Shown here: piece after piece, positions 1 through 14,300 of the stretch
How the letters are laid out: each line of letters opens with the position of its first letter
Numbering within the stretch: the first letter of the stretch is position 1
Assembly: GCF_964355755.1 (NCBI RefSeq)
Contig: NC_092676.1
Coordinates: 8,905,888-8,969,887, forward strand
DNA length: 64,000 bases
Reading direction: 5' to 3'
From: Antedon mediterranea
Taxonomy: Eukaryota; Animalia; Echinodermata
Made by a program: the position numbers and the translations under genes
The notes under the pieces: model-generated
Told to the model about the DNA's origin: nothing
Database searches by the model: none
What the model saw: the letters and a program-made list of their open reading frames with translations, nothing else

Positions 1-273
1 TGCAAGCTTACTCAATAAAACTCAGCTATCGGGATTTCACGCGAAAAATGTCTTATCATCAAATCTCCCTATGTAATTTTATAATACTATTCCCCACAAT
101 ATATTCTGATTCTTTATGGCGTATATTTAATTTGATCTTTATTAATTTGCAGTATAATTCCTATTATTTAACTACTGTACCTTCACACGCGCCGCGGTAT
201 GTTTTAAAATAAACAAAAAACTGAAATGGCTATGATTAATGGCCAATTTTTTTTTCGTCTTCCAAAGGGACAC

Positions 274-1157
274 TGTATTGATTGATGGAAAGTGCCTGTT
301 TCCAGTCACCTTTAGGGTCAAATCTATTATTTTAACTGCTCCCTTGTGTATAAAAGAGAGAAAATATTTGAAACTAAGGTGAACTTACCTTAAACCCGGA
401 AATTACTTTGACCGGGAAGAATTGAAATTGAGAGGAAAATCCAATGTTGAAATCATAAATGTTGTTAAAAAACTCTTTATAATATCTTCCTAAGATATAA
501 ATATGGAACAATAGCGTCGGCGTGCACACTAATGTTATCAAATCTACGTTTCGCGGTACATCTCGGATAGATAAGGTAGGTATCCAAGGCGGAGATTTGT
601 ACTGAAGTTTTTGCATTGTGCTCGCCTATGTCAGAATTAACCATAATTTATATATAGATATACAACTATAATATAAGGAACAGAGGATTAGGTGATGCTG
701 TAAGTGAGGCGTGAGTGTAGGTCTGCTTCTTGAGTGGCTGTGAGGTGTGCGTTCCAAGAGTGGCTGTGAGGTGTGTCTGAAGGCTCCTCGAACCTGGAGG
801 TATATTGGCTTCGGTTCATTAGCATATGTCATTACGTCGTCTGTGAATCTAATGATTGGTCCTAAGTTGATCCAGGGGTGTTTAGGTAGAAGTGATTGAT
901 TACATTCTAAGGTAATTTGGTGATGGATAGCATTGTCAAATCTTTACTTAAATAGTGTCAATCTCTCCTGGTTTAATGATGGAAAAGGTCGTAAGGTTAA
1001 GCAAAGTATTTCTTTAGGGGTTCAATCATAAACTAAATGGGCTTCTAAAACATCTGGACAAACTCTGTACTGGATATGTGAGGCGAGTTCGTGAACTCAA
1101 TTGAATTCTAATACAAAGGTTGATTTCTCAATTATAAATTTATATCATTATATTACA
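274..1157 (-). mobile_element. Possible solo LTR
   Basis: Begins TGTATT, ends ATTACA (TG..CA); non-coding; CCAAT- and TATA-like motifs on the minus strand; short internal repeat CACACCTCACAGCCACTC. No target-site duplication (TSD) found. Confidence 0.3.
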
Positions 1158-1302
1158 TCCCTCTGTTTCCCTTTTTTTCTAATCTATTTAAATAATAATA
1201 ATCTATTTAAGGGATGTAATATAATGATATACATTTATAATTATAATTGTAATTGTCCAGTGGAGTGTTTGTCCAGATGTTTTAGAAGCCCATTTAGTTT
1301 AT
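1028..1302. repeat. Nested inverted repeat (fold-back)
   Basis: 1028-1063 is the perfect reverse complement of 1267-1302; 1130-1162 pairs with 1210-1242 with 1 mismatch. Confidence 0.85.
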
Positions 1303-1743
1303 AATTAAAACTAGACACGGAAGTGGGTAATATACAATGATTGAACAAAGATATATATACAATAACGTAGGTAAACTGTTGATATAATAAACCAGACCCC
1401 ATAAATATTAATGTTGATATTCGTATTCTTTATTCTCCCAATCAACAATGTAAAGAACCTTGACAGGTTGATAATAAAATATACTCTTAAATCACAAAGG
1501 CAAAATTATAATAATATTATTCAAAATACATTTAGATAGGCTAACAGTTAAAAACATCTAAATAATTATTTGATAAACGACAGGAATTATACAACAACGA
1601 TGAAAGTCTACAGAAACACAATTTTTACAAACATTAACACGAGAAAATTTAACATAAATTTACAACAAATATTATGAACAGGGACATCAAAAAAACAGCG
1701 AAACGATATCACAATATTAAACTTAGAATCAAGACATTAAAAA

Positions 1744-1800
1744 GGGCGTGTGGCGCAGTGTGTTGGACGTTCGGCTACTAATCGTGAGATCGAGGTTCGC
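1744..1800 (+). mobile_element. tRNA-derived SINE head fragment
   Basis: A-box-like TGGCGCAGTG and B-box-like GGTTCG at tRNA spacing; 3' truncated. Confidence 0.5.
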
Positions 1801-1959
1801 TATATAAGAATGAACTACCGTATTATTATTATTATTTGAACAGAAAAATTAAGTCTGTGACATACAGTTTAGGCCTGCTTTTTTATTGTGACTTGAGATA
1901 ACAATTTACTTATTATCAACTTCATTGTTTTTAAATATTATTGTACGAATTGTTTTGTT

Positions 1960-3433
1960 CATTTAGGTATTATAGGTTTTACTGGTTTAGTAGAGTTTAC
2001 TGGTTTAGTAGAGTTTACTGGTTTAGAAGAGTTTACTGGTTGACTATAATTTGCTGGTTGAGTAGAGTTCATTATTGAGTAGAGTTTACTGGTTTAGTAG
2101 AGATTACTGGTTGAGTAGAGTACACTGGTTTAGTAGAGATTACTGGATGAGTAAAGTTTACTGTTTGAGTAGAGTTTACTGGTTTAGTAGAGTTTACTGG
2201 TTTAGTAGACTTTACTGCTTTAGTTTCTTATTTATTTTCCTACACGTTTGAATCATCAGTAAGCGGTCCATGTCCCATATACACCGAGATGACGTCATGC
2301 AGTTATTCACACTGACTTCGACTCCCCTTTTCTGATCATACGGATAATATAATAATTATTTATTTTCGCATTCATGTGACACGCAATTTAACGTTTGAAA
2401 TGTTCGTTTGTGGTAATGTAACATCCGTTATATTACTTTCAGGTCTTGTTTTGCTCATGTTGCGAACAATCGACTACTTCAATGATATTGAAGCAGTGAC
2501 GTTGTCAGTGGTGGGGATGTGCGGATATATGGCATATTCAAACTCATGTGTGCCATTGTCTGCCGTGGTGACGCTGTACTGCTGTTGCGACCACTACGAT
2601 TAATAGTACAAGTAACTTTGTTATTGGCATTAATAATTGACACACTATTTACACGAAGTACATTTGCAAATATTTTAGTCATCGATGATGCTACTGGGTT
2701 GCCATTCCATGTCCATTCATATTCATAATAATCAGGATTATCTTTCCCTGAGCAGGTAAGATTAAAGCTATCTCCAACCTAAAGTGTACCTGGTGTTGAT
2801 TGTACAATCTCTGCATCTATAGTCAGTACTAGCGGAGTAGTTTCACAAGTTCCTATCAGTCTATGTGATAGACTGACAGTAGCTTTACAAGTAAATACAG
2901 CTCCATCGTCTTGGACAGTCAATGCCCTTGATTCCAAGACATTGTCGTGTGGTTTTGATGAAATTAAATTTCCGTCTTTATACCAAAGTAAATCAATATT
3001 TATATGGGAAGGATAAGAACATTTCAGCGTCGTTCCTATTTCACCATTATCACTGCATGTTATTTCTTGCCATACTTAAGGCGCTCGAGAAATACTGAAT
3101 GAACCACCGTCCCAGATATCACACCTGTATATTCCTACATCATCGGAAGTAAAATTAAAAATAGAAAGATATGAAGATGTTGCTTTATTTGTCAAATTGT
3201 GTTTTAAAGTTGAACTTTTAATTCCTTGATACTCATGTATCATGAAATGCTAACCAGTAAATGACATGATTGCCATGCAATTCTGGCGTCCATTCACACG
3301 ATAATGTCACAGTTTGTCCCTCTGCAACGATAACCGATTGTGGATTTTCAGTAAAAACGTAGGACTGTGCACACTAGCAGTGAGATATGCTATAAGATAC
3401 AATCAGCAATATCACATTTTGAAGATGAGCCAT
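1960..3433 (-). pseudogene. Intronless multi-Ig-domain gene, copy A (signal peptide, 3 Ig-like domains, probable S/T/P-rich stalk)
   Basis: Manual translation: MAHLQNVILLIV..C*CAQSYVFTENPQSVIVAEGQTVTLSCEW...DDVGIYRCDIW...LKC..LLWYKDG...DDGAVFTC...GDSFNLTCSG...YEWTWNG...KVTCTI. Several stops and a frameshift; paralogous to 6153-6800. Confidence 0.85.
1975..2222. repeat. 18-bp minisatellite (ACTGGTTTAGTAGAGTTT)n, about 13 copies
   Basis: Visible tandem array; the minus strand translates as (KPVNST)n. Confidence 0.9.
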
Positions 3434-6152
3434 TATAAACTTTTTAGATTCTTGCGACGATTGAGTTCCAAACAATTATCTTTAGATCAGTTTAAATTAA
3501 TTTCCCTATCAAAAGTTTACGAAGCAATAAATGAAACTGGTATAAAGTTTGTCAATAATAAGTACGAAATCCGAAAATACGAAAATCAGCTAAATTCATT
3601 CGTACTTTATTTAGAACATCACTGGCTTGTTACAATAGCATGACGTATAGCACCGTACCGACAATGGATACCGAGTACAAATATTCCTCCGTACTTATGC
3701 CGTTTAAGCATTACGTCATTCTATTAGTTAATCAGCCACATCGGCATGTAACTAGTGCTACCACAGTTATATTAGGTCATCGATACGAAAACAATCTTAT
3801 TTCTTGTGTGGCTTTATGTTTCCGTCGGATTTTCCATATTTCATCAATATATAGTTTATTCACCTTTCTATCAGTTAGTATTCTTTTATTTGTTTTCTCT
3901 TCTCATTTAGTTACAAATTCGTTTGATTGTGTCTTTGATTTATTGTTTTGTAATATAACATTTGATAAGTTTCCATTTTAATACCGCCTTCATCTAAATT
4001 GTCACATTTCTTTTATTTTGTTCGCGTTGTTCCAAACAAATGAACCAAACTGACAACTATATCACATTACTGGAGACACTGTTCGCGGCATAAGTTGGCT
4101 TTGCAAATTAAGCCAGCGGTTTTAGTATAGCCACGTTAAGATGAATAGTTAGGGTTCTCAAGCTTCATGATGTTAGAGTATGTTTGAGAGCTGGTAACTT
4201 TTCATCACTGTTCTTTTTAATACATGAATCGTAGCCAACATATATGTCCCTAGAATATTAATCGGGTGCTTGACTCAACATACCTTATCTTTTCCACTTT
4301 GCTTTACTTTATTTTTGCTTATTTAACATAATTCCTGAAACTTTACAGAAGGAATTTACGATGTCGACAGCAGTAAGTTATTCTTCACCCACATACAACT
4401 GACTGATTTTAGCCTCCACATATTTGTATTCATTTACATTGGGTAATTTAATTTCCCTATACATTGTGATTTCTCTCATTTTAATCTCCAAAATTTCAGC
4501 TACCAAAGTATTAAAGCTTACAGTTATGTATTTCCGTATTGTAATGTAAAACTAATAAGAACATATACCGGCTAGAGGTCGAGTATACATTGAAGTATAT
4601 CTGTTTTTTACGTATTTTTATGTAACTTACTATGATAGATTGTAGCAACGAATGAAGCTCTGTCTAAACAATCAAACTGTATGTGACAAGAAATGTGTGA
4701 TGTGTCCATATATGGATATGTTGATGTTTTGGGAATATCACACTTTTTGTCAAACTAGTTTGATAGTGTAGACAGAGCGTTAGATACAAAAATACTGAAC
4801 GTTAAGACTGCATTAATTACTAATATACTTTGACGAAGGTATTTTCAATTAAATTCAATTTATTCAAAAAGCCCCATAATTGGAGAGAACACATTAAAAT
4901 TGCAAAAACAAGATACAAAACAAGACAGAAACAATGGTTAATATGAATTAATTATGATCGTTGTATGTGTTTCTCATTGTCGGATGCGTATTAGAAAACA
5001 ATACTATTTCTTACCGTATATATATATATATATTTATTTCATACGGTTATTGAATAGGTATTATTATCTCTTTTCCATGTTGAAAAAACTGTAACTCAGC
5101 TACTGTCAATAGAGTATATACATAATGGATTGAAATTGAATTTATAATATTTCATTGCCTATTACGGTGCTCACTAATTCTAGATTTATTATCTTACATT
5201 GAAGATGTTTTCTATATTAAACGTTTAATAATTTCAATTAAGAAAAATTAATTATACAACAAGAACAGATTATAAAGTAATTTCAACTTTGTTGTAATGG
5301 AAAATATTAATATTGTAACAAATCACAATTTACAATTTGTACTACTAAAACCGGGGTACGACTTGTTATTATCGACAAAGAAGCAAGCATGTAATGAATA
5401 TAATATTAAGCCATCTTTATCAAACTATATCTATGGCCTGAAATAATTACACTTATTTAATTATATGTGTATATACATTAGTATTAGCCTAATACAACTA
5501 ATGATACAAAATAATTTAAGACAAGATTAATCCCTGTATGGTTATATACAATTACACCATCAAATTATACACATAGGCCTACTGTTTCAAAAGACAAAAT
5601 TATCTGTGTTTTATTAATGTTGATTTTTGGCGAGTTTAAGTTTGCTTTCTTTTCTTGTTCCCTGTAGCACTTCAATATCTTTATTCTTCTTAATGTTATT
5701 ATATCTATTTCTCCTTGTACGTAGGCCTACGAATACAATAATATTGTTGGTATTGTCATCATCTCAATTACAATCAGTATTCTTGTACTGTATATCATAC
5801 TCAAACTTATCACTTTTACTTTCATGAGGTAGATTCAGTCTTCATTGTGTCTAGCTTGCTTGGGTTTGATTTTTACTGCAAATATGCTCTAAAAGGTTAA
5901 TATATAGGTCGTGCTATAACTGCTTTATCGGACCACTACAACTTTTCGGCTTAGAGGCATACATGAATTTGCCATTGATACGCATACTTCAAATTACCTA
6001 TTGCAAATTGATCTTTTACACTTGCCAATGTTGTTATCCAATACCTATTCAATATAATACTCATGATTAAGTTTCCTGAGCTTCATACGGTTAAATCATG
6101 CGCTCGATGGTTAAAGCTATCTCCAACCTAAAGTGGACCTGGCGATGATTGT

Positions 6153-6800
6153 TTAACTTCTGCATTGGTGAATCGACATAAACGGAATAGTTTCACAAGT
6201 TCCTACAACTTTATAGTGGAATAGATCTCTGGCTATACAAGTAAACACAGCTCTATTGTCTTCAGCAGTCAACGGTCTTGATTCTAAAATATTATTTGGT
6301 TGTATTTTTGAATTAATCAATTGTCCCTCTTTATACCAACGTAAAGATATGTCATTTGAAGAAGAAGAACATGTCAGCGTTGTTCCTATTTCACCATTAT
6401 CACTGCATGTTATGTCTTGCAATACATAAACATCTCGAGAAAAACTGAATGAACCACCGTCCCAGATATCACACCTGTATCTTCCTACATCATCAGAATC
6501 AACATTAAAAATAGAAAGATATGAACAGGTTGATTTACTTGTTACATTGTATTTTAATGTTGATCTTTCAATTCTATTAGGCGTACCACCACGAGGGAAT
6601 ACTGACCAGAAAAAGGCATGTGTTCCATTCAATGCTGGTGTCCATTCACACGACAGCGTTGCTGTTTGTCCTTTCGCAACGGAAACCGATTCTGGATGCT
6701 TTATAAAAATATAGGATTGTGCAAAACAACAGTAAGATATACTAAACAATATAACCAAGCACCAAGAGAACAGTAATTTAAAATGTTGAGGATGAGCCAT
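6153..6800 (-). CDS. Ig-domain protein, copy B (signal peptide + 2 Ig domains), C-terminally truncated by a frameshift; may be a pseudogene
   Basis: 215-aa ORF with hydrophobic N-terminus, TATLSC..W...DDVGRYRC and TLTC..WYKEG...EDNRAVFTC Ig signatures. Homology to copy A continues past the stop in another frame (NAEVKQSSPGPL*VGDSFN). Confidence 0.75.
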   Translation of the reverse strand: MAHPQHFKLLFSWCLVILFSISYCCFAQSYIFIKHPESVSVAKGQTATLSCEWTPALNGTHAFFWSVFPRGGTPNRIERSTLKYNVTSKSTCSYLSIFNVDSDDVGRYRCDIWDGGSFSFSRDVYVLQDITCSDNGEIGTTLTCSSSSNDISLRWYKEGQLINSKIQPNNILESRPLTAEDNRAVFTCIARDLFHYKVVGTCETIPFMSIHQCRS

Positions 6801-7362
6801 TATAAACTTTGTAGTTTCTTGCGATGTTGATTACTTTTCAAATCGAAATTAATTGCTGTAATAGATTATTGTGATAGAACTGGTTCTTGGTTTAAACACT
6901 CACTCGATCCGATTAATGTGCACTGTATACTGGCTTGATAACAAGCTCTATGTACGTATCCGCTCAAAACACGTCGTTTATATTCTGCATTTATTGTGTA
7001 GCTAAAACTGGTAAAATTGTATACCGCCTCCTAGAGAAAACTTTTTACCGTTATGGCATTGTATTTATTTTGTACGCTGCTGTGACAAATAAAAACCTCG
7101 ACTGCAGAAAAGATTGAAACTATTTTTTTTTTAAATGATCACCATCGCTGTATAGGGAAATACTGTAAAATACTGCACGGAGTACTTATTGATTTAGAAA
7201 GTCACTTTTGTGTTATTATGAATATTATTATTAAGGTTCCTTTCTGAATAGATCTAATTTTTGATTGAAATGTCCGCAATCATCAAACAGGAAAGCTATT
7301 ATTTCAAAATGTTTACAAAATTATTTAAAATTTGTTTAAACTTCCATTACTTGTTTGCCATC

Positions 7363-7455
7363 CCCAACTTTGCAGGTCACTATGTCGGTCGGTCGGTTGG
7401 TCGGTCGTTTGGTCGGTCGCGTAAAACTAACTCAAATTTGAGCCCGCGACTGCGA
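7363..7455 (-). repeat. Short interspersed repeat with (GGTC)n microsatellite (Helentron/HINE-like); inverted relative to 16321-16405
   Basis: TCACTATGTCGGTCGGTCG..AACTAAC matches the reverse complement of part of 16334-16376. Confidence 0.55.
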
Positions 7456-7879
7456 CTACATGGCCTTGTTTGACAAAGGTTTTTGTAAATGTAATGAATC
7501 AAACAATAACATACTTTATAAAAACTATTGCGTAGAAAAGACAAGTTTACAGTTTATTCATTCATCAGTGGAAAACTATTTTCATTTATTGTCATTTGCA
7601 TATGAAATATACATATCTATATTACAAGTGAGCGAGTTTGTCTGTCTGTTTGTTTGTTCGTTATACAAAATTTTGTTACTGCACATAATCTTACATATGG
7701 GGTATCAAAATGACCGCAATTGTACCGGGAATGTTCTAAGCTATATTTTAACATCATCCGCCACCTAGGATCCATGTTAGGGACCAAAATGTGGTCAAAA
7801 CCCCCACTTTCGATGTTTGTTCGTTATAAAAATTTCTGTTTCTGCACGTAACCATACGTATGGGGGGGGGGGGGGTGGT

Positions 7880-10800
7880 GTGGTGGTTTGTGATGTCATT
7901 TTTTGCTAGGGCTCGGGGTTGTAGGCTATCGAATTGTAAAATTATACTACAAAAGTTTTACAGTATTTGAATTATCCTCAGCAAGGCGTTTGGGGAAATA
8001 TAGATATACATATTTTAATCATTAACCAATAACTGGATCTGTTACCATTGTGCTCTCCCTAAACTAAATGACTCGTACTTCTCCACCGATGAATCTTTAA
8101 TTGAATCTGAGACAAGTACCAGTGATATTTCTAAAGATTCCCTTAATACAACTGCAACATCAGAAAGCACTTGTGGTGTATTATTTAACGTCAGGAGCCT
8201 AAAAAACAAACTAAGATGTCTACAAACTTACCTGGGACAGAATACTCACCTATCAATCATCGGTATAACTGAAACCTGGCTCACCGATACAGTTCCTGAT
8301 GGTGTTATATCAAACCAACATGTCATTTTTCGCAAGGACAGAGGTGCTCATAAAAGCGGTGGTGGTGTGCTTCTGGCCATTAAACCTGAATTACATCCCA
8401 TCCAAGTTACCCATCCTTCAATGGAAAATGTTGAATGTGTCTGGTCAGAGTTCAGTGTCAATGATGGTAGATGGCTTTGCGGTGTATTTGATAGACCACC
8501 ATCTAAACCTAACTCTGCTTTGGAACTTGAGGAAATTGTTCTGCAACTTCATATTGAAAAATATAAAGGAGTTACGTTGCTTGGAGATTTTAACATCAAT
8601 TGGTTGGCCGACATACACGTTATCAACAACTTGCACAGCAGAGTCAGCAATTGGACATCATCACTTGATTTCCAACAGATTGTCATGGATCCTACACGCA
8701 TAACATTGGCATCCAGCACCCTCATTGACTTACTGTTTACTAACTGTCCAGAACGTGTCTGTGACGTTAATGTTCTCGATCCATTCTCTACTTCTGACCA
8801 CTGTGTTGTTTCAAAATTCGCGGTTTCCCGAGGGTTAAACGAAACCCTACTAAGACAAAATATTTTTACGCTAAAACTAACGTCGAGGCTATTAATGAAG
8901 GTATTGGGAACATCACTTGGGAATCCATAGAATGTGAATCGGTTAATGGAGTATGGTCTAATTTTATTACCAAATTTATGGAATGTGTGAATTTACATAT
9001 CCCACATAGAAATCAACGCCGAAAGACCAAGCCCTGGATTTTCCCCGAAATTAAAAAAATGGCAGTCAAAAAGAGAAAATTGTTTAACCGCGCTAGACGA
9101 AGTGGAAACATTAATGATTGGACTGCTTATAAAAAACTCCGTAATAAAATAAGATATGTCACAAATCGTTCCCACAGTAAATATATTGATGAATTAATGG
9201 GAAAAGCTGATAATATGAAGCAATTCTGGCAGTATGTCCAGTCTAAACGGAAGTCTGCAAATTGTTTTTCATTTGTGATTAATGATACAATGTGCTCCGA
9301 TCCAAGGGCAATTGCGAACGCGTTTAATTCACTATTCGAATCTTATTTTACCCAGAATGACCCATTAACAGATGAATCTACATCACCCAGACTAGAGGTT
9401 ACTACTCTAGCAAACATTATTGTCCATCCCATTGTTGTTTTCAGGAAGATCATGAAACTCTCTGTGGGCAAAGCTGCCGGGCCCGATGGCATTACATCTC
9501 AAATGTTAAAACTCTGTGCCAAAGGTTTATCGCCATTACTTGCCGATGTTTTTAACTTCAGTTTGGAAAGTGGTGAACTTCCTTCGGCATGGAAATGTGC
9601 AAACATCGCACCAGTCCATAAGAAGCTCAGCAAGACGAACCTATGCAACTATAGACCAATTGCACTGACATCTTTGTTCTCAAAGGTGCTCGAGAGTATT
9701 GTCACCGATGAACTCCGTCTTCATGTGGACGAATTTGGACTCATGTTTGATGGCCAATATGGTTTTACTCCAGGAAAATCTTGTTCCTCAGTCTTGGCTG
9801 AGGCTACAACATCCTGGGTTAAGGCTTTAGATAATGAGGCACCACGGATTGATGTCGTGGCTCTTGATTACAGTAGGGCATTTGATTCCATCTCGCATGA
9901 CATTCTGGTGAATAAGCTTTCAAAAACGTATGGTGTTGGCGGTGTATTATTAAAATGGATTAACTCTTTCTTATCTGGTTGTAAGCAAAGAGTAATTTTT
10001 AATGGTGTCCAATCTGACTGGTGTTTAGTCAAGTCAGGTGTCCCCCGGGGGTCAGTCTTGGGGCCATTATTGTTCAACATTTACGTGAATGACTTAAATC
10101 TTCACTTGGAAAATAAACCGTACCAATATGCTGACGATACATTTATTAGTAAAGCAGCTTATTCTTATTGTGATTTTATTTCCTTACAGAGAGACATTAA
10201 CAAAATCTCTGAATGGTCAATTTTAAACAAACTTATTTTAAACCCTACTAAATGTAACATCTTGTCTATCGATAGAAGGAGAGCTCCATCTTCTAATGAC
10301 TATGTACTTAACGATCAGGTTATTGCACATGTTAAACATCTGAAAATTCTTGGTGTGTACATATTCGATGATTTGTCATGGTCTAAACAAGTCCATGAGG
10401 TTGTAAATAAGTGTAATAGAACACTGGGTCTTGTTAGAGCAATTGCTGGTGGTTGTTCTACACCCGTTCTTTTATAATTATACCAGTGTCTAGTCCTCCC
10501 TCATATACAGTACTGTTGCGAGGTGTGGTACCCTTATCGCATATGTCAAATTCAAATGATTGAGCAAATCCAGAGACGGGCCACCCGGTTGATCTTACAT
10601 CAACGTCGTCAGGAACAGTCATATGAGGGGAGACTAGACACTCTTGATATCCCATCCACAATCGCTATTAGAGATTGTTATACTGTTCTATTTGTTTGCA
10701 ATGTTTTACTTTATCATCAAAGATAATAATAATTTACTCATAGTTAATAATCGTCATGATACTCTCACTTTCAAGCATCTTCGCTCCAGTAATGATATGT

Positions 10801-11180
10801 CAAAATTTTGCATCCCGACCAGATTCACTAGAACTTGGAATTCCATACCCAATGAGATTCGTGATATTTTTGTTAATGGTTCTTTTATTAATTTTAAATT
10901 ATCTCTAAAGCTATATTTTAAATGTCGGAGAGAAACTTTTTAAATTTTTAAATGAAATGATATGTCTACTATATTTGTATATATTCTTGTTATTTGTTAT
11001 TTATGTGTTGGAGAGACACACCTTACCGGTGACAGCGTTTGTTTAATGCTTTTGTCTTTCCTCGGCCTCGTGTCTTGTTTTTCATATATATATATATATT
11101 TTTATGTTTTTTTTGTAATTATTATTTTATGTTTATTGCCGAAATGAATAAAATAAATGAAATAAAAAATAAATAAAAAT
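7880..11180 (+). mobile_element. CR1/L2-group LINE nested in the Helitron (APE endonuclease + reverse transcriptase, frameshifted)
   Basis: WICYHCALP, NVRSL, ITETWL, RKDR..GGGV, LGDFN, SDH (endonuclease); AGPDGI, NYRPIALTS, AFDSI, GVPRGSVLGPLLF, YADD (RT, ORF 8978-10477); A-rich (AATA)n tail at 11146-11180. Confidence 0.92.
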
Positions 11181-11326
11181 ATGACACCTATTCATTTACA
11201 CATTTAGCAAAGTATTTTAACCATATCCAGCTATGTATCGGTCTCTTGGATTGTCTCATTACAGACATCCATTCCTGTGTGAACATACAAACGTTGTTTA
11301 CTGTTACTGTGTTCAACTACATCAAC

Positions 11327-14300
11327 ATGCCGCCAAGGAAAAAACGCCCATTGTCCAGTGGAAGAAAATCTGAGGATGCTCAACGAATGTCAGCTGCCAG
11401 AAAAAAGGAGACTAATGAACAAACAACAGTTAGACTTGAAAGTGAGCGCTCTAGGATAGCTAATACAAGGCTCAATGAAACGCCTGAACAGACAACAGCC
11501 AGACTTGAAAGTGAGTGCTCCAGGATAGCTACTACAAGGCTTAATGAAACGCCTGAACAGACAACAGCCAGACTTGGATGCGATCACTCCCGGAAAGCTA
11601 CTGCAAGGTTTAATGAAACGCCTGAACAGACAACAGCCAGACTTGGATGCGATCGCTCCCGGAAAGCTACTGCAAGGTTTAATGAAACACTCGACGAGAC
11701 AACATCAACACCACCAGCTTTTGTATATCACGAACACCTGTTTCAAAACAAAACTGATATTGGCTCAATGAATGTAAAATGTAACAAATGTGGTGCCATC
11801 CGATTCAAATTGGAAACAAAATCATTATGTTGTAATGATGGAAAAATCACTCTTACGCCAATACCATCACCACCTAAATATCTTATGTCGCTTTTGAATG
11901 GAACTAATGCTGATTCCGCTTCTTTTTTAGCTGACATTAGGCTTTATAATTCAGCCTTCCAAATGACCAGTTTTGGTTGTAAGCAGCGCAATATACAAGG
12001 CTGGAATCCAAACTTTACTGTTCAGGGCCAAGTTTGTCATAAAATTGGCAGTTTACGGCTACATGCAGATGCTACACCACAGTTTCTGCAAATATACTTT
12101 GTGGATAATAACTTGAAACAACAAACCCGTCGATCATTATTCAGTTCTAAACTGAAACCACACATACTCCATACATTGAATGGACTATTACACCAACATA
12201 ACAAATATATTCGTAATCTAAACATCGCCCTAGAAATGGTCGATAATATTGATGACCCTAACATGAGAATTGTGATTCATGAGGACAAGCGACCTGCCAA
12301 CCAGCATGCTCGCAGGTACAACCCACCTACTGGAAACGAGGTTGCCATTCTGATGCCCAACGAACCGTGTATGAATAGAGATATCGTTTTGCATGAACGA
12401 GAAGGAGGGTTACGGCACGTGTCAGAATTACACAGAGCGTATGATACACTTCAATACCCAATCCTTTTCATGCACGGAACTGATGGATATTCCATATATC
12501 TTCACACAGATGCTGGTCGTAAAATTACACAAATGCAATATTACCGATATCACATGATGTGTAGGCCAACTAACCATCTACTTTATTGCCGTAGACTGTT
12601 TCAACAGTATATAGTGGATGTATTTTGTAAAATTGAAACTGAACGTTTACAGTACTTGAGAAGAGAGCAAAAGTTGTTGAGAGCAGACATTTATCAACAT
12701 TTCCGTGATTCTATCTTGGCTGAAGACAGTGACCCAAGAACAGTAGGACAACGAATCATACTTCCATCTTCATACACAGGGGGACCTCGATATATGCATG
12801 AGCGCCAGCAAGACTCCATCACTTACATCAGAGCATATGGTCGGCCTTCTTTATTCATTACGACAACCACAAATCCTAAGTGGAAGGAAATAGTAAATAA
12901 TCTATTGCCAAACCATAATCCCAATGACCGCCCAGATATTGTTGTGCGTGTCTTTCATTTAAAACTGAAACACATGATGAACTTATTCAAAAATGGCTTC
13001 TTTGGAAAATTGCAAGCTTGGTTATATTCTGTAGAATTCCAAAAGAGGGGATTACCCCATGCACACATACTATTGTGGCTTCAGTCTGGATCAAAAATCA
13101 ATCCCCAAGATATAGACTCTGTAATTTCTGCTGTAATACCAAGCCCAACGACTGAACCAACACTTCATAATTTGGTAAAATCACACATGATTCATGGCCC
13201 ATGTGGACCACTAAAACCGAATAATCCGTGTATGAAATTTAAAGACAATCACTGTACAAAACACTTCCCCAAGGAATTTCAACAGAACACTGTTCAGGGA
13301 AACGACTCATATCCAAAGTATAAACGAAGTTCACCAGAAGATGGGGGACATGTCATTTCCATAATAAAGGTACTTGATGGTGAGATAATTCAAACAGACA
13401 TCGATAATCGCTGGATTGTACCATATAATAACGAACTACTGCGCCAGATGGGCTGTCATACTAATGTAGAAATCTGCAGTTCAATCAAATGTATCAAATA
13501 CGTTTTAAAATATGTACATAAAGGTTCTGATCAGGCCATATTCTCTGTTCAGACAATGGAAGCTAATGACGAGATTACTCAATATCAAGAAGCTAGATAT
13601 GTCGGCAGCATGGAGGCAGCGATGCGGATACTCGGATTTCCCATTCACGAAAGATACCCTCCAGTGTTTCAGTTATGTATACACTTAGAAAACGGCCAAC
13701 GAGTTTACTTCACAGAAGAAAATGCACGTCGAATCGCTTTGGGGACCCCACCAAAAACTATGCTGACTGCATTTTTCACTCTTTGTCAAACCGACGACTT
13801 CGCACAATCACTACTTTATGTAGAAGTTCCCCAATATTATACATGGCATAACAAAGCTAAAAAGTGGAACCGTCGGAAACAAGGTGTACCATCCGAAAGC
13901 AGCCCAGGAGTTTTCAGGTCTCCATGTCTTGGAAGAGTGTATACGATTAGCCCAAAACAAAGAGAGTGTTACTATATGAGACTATTGTTACACAAAAAGC
14001 GTGGCCCTAAGTCATACAAGGACTTAAAGACCTTTAATGAAGTAGAATTTGACACCTATCACGCCACATGTCTAGCTATGGGTCTAATTGATAATGACCA
14101 ACATTACCACCGAGCTTTAGAAGAAGCTGCTTTAGCAAATACCGGACACCATTTGCGAAAACTGTTCACAATGATTCTAACAGCTTGCGAACCAAGTGAC
14201 CCATTAACATTATGGGAACAACATAAACATCACATGTCAGATGACCTATTTTATAAGGCAGGTTTACCGCCTGACCATGAAGGTAGAGAGACATGTATCA

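Noticed and set aside
3314-3981. Plus-strand ORFs 3314-3643 and 3640-3981
   Set aside because: No recognisable motifs; the first is partly antisense to the Ig pseudogene; composition fits chance ORFs.
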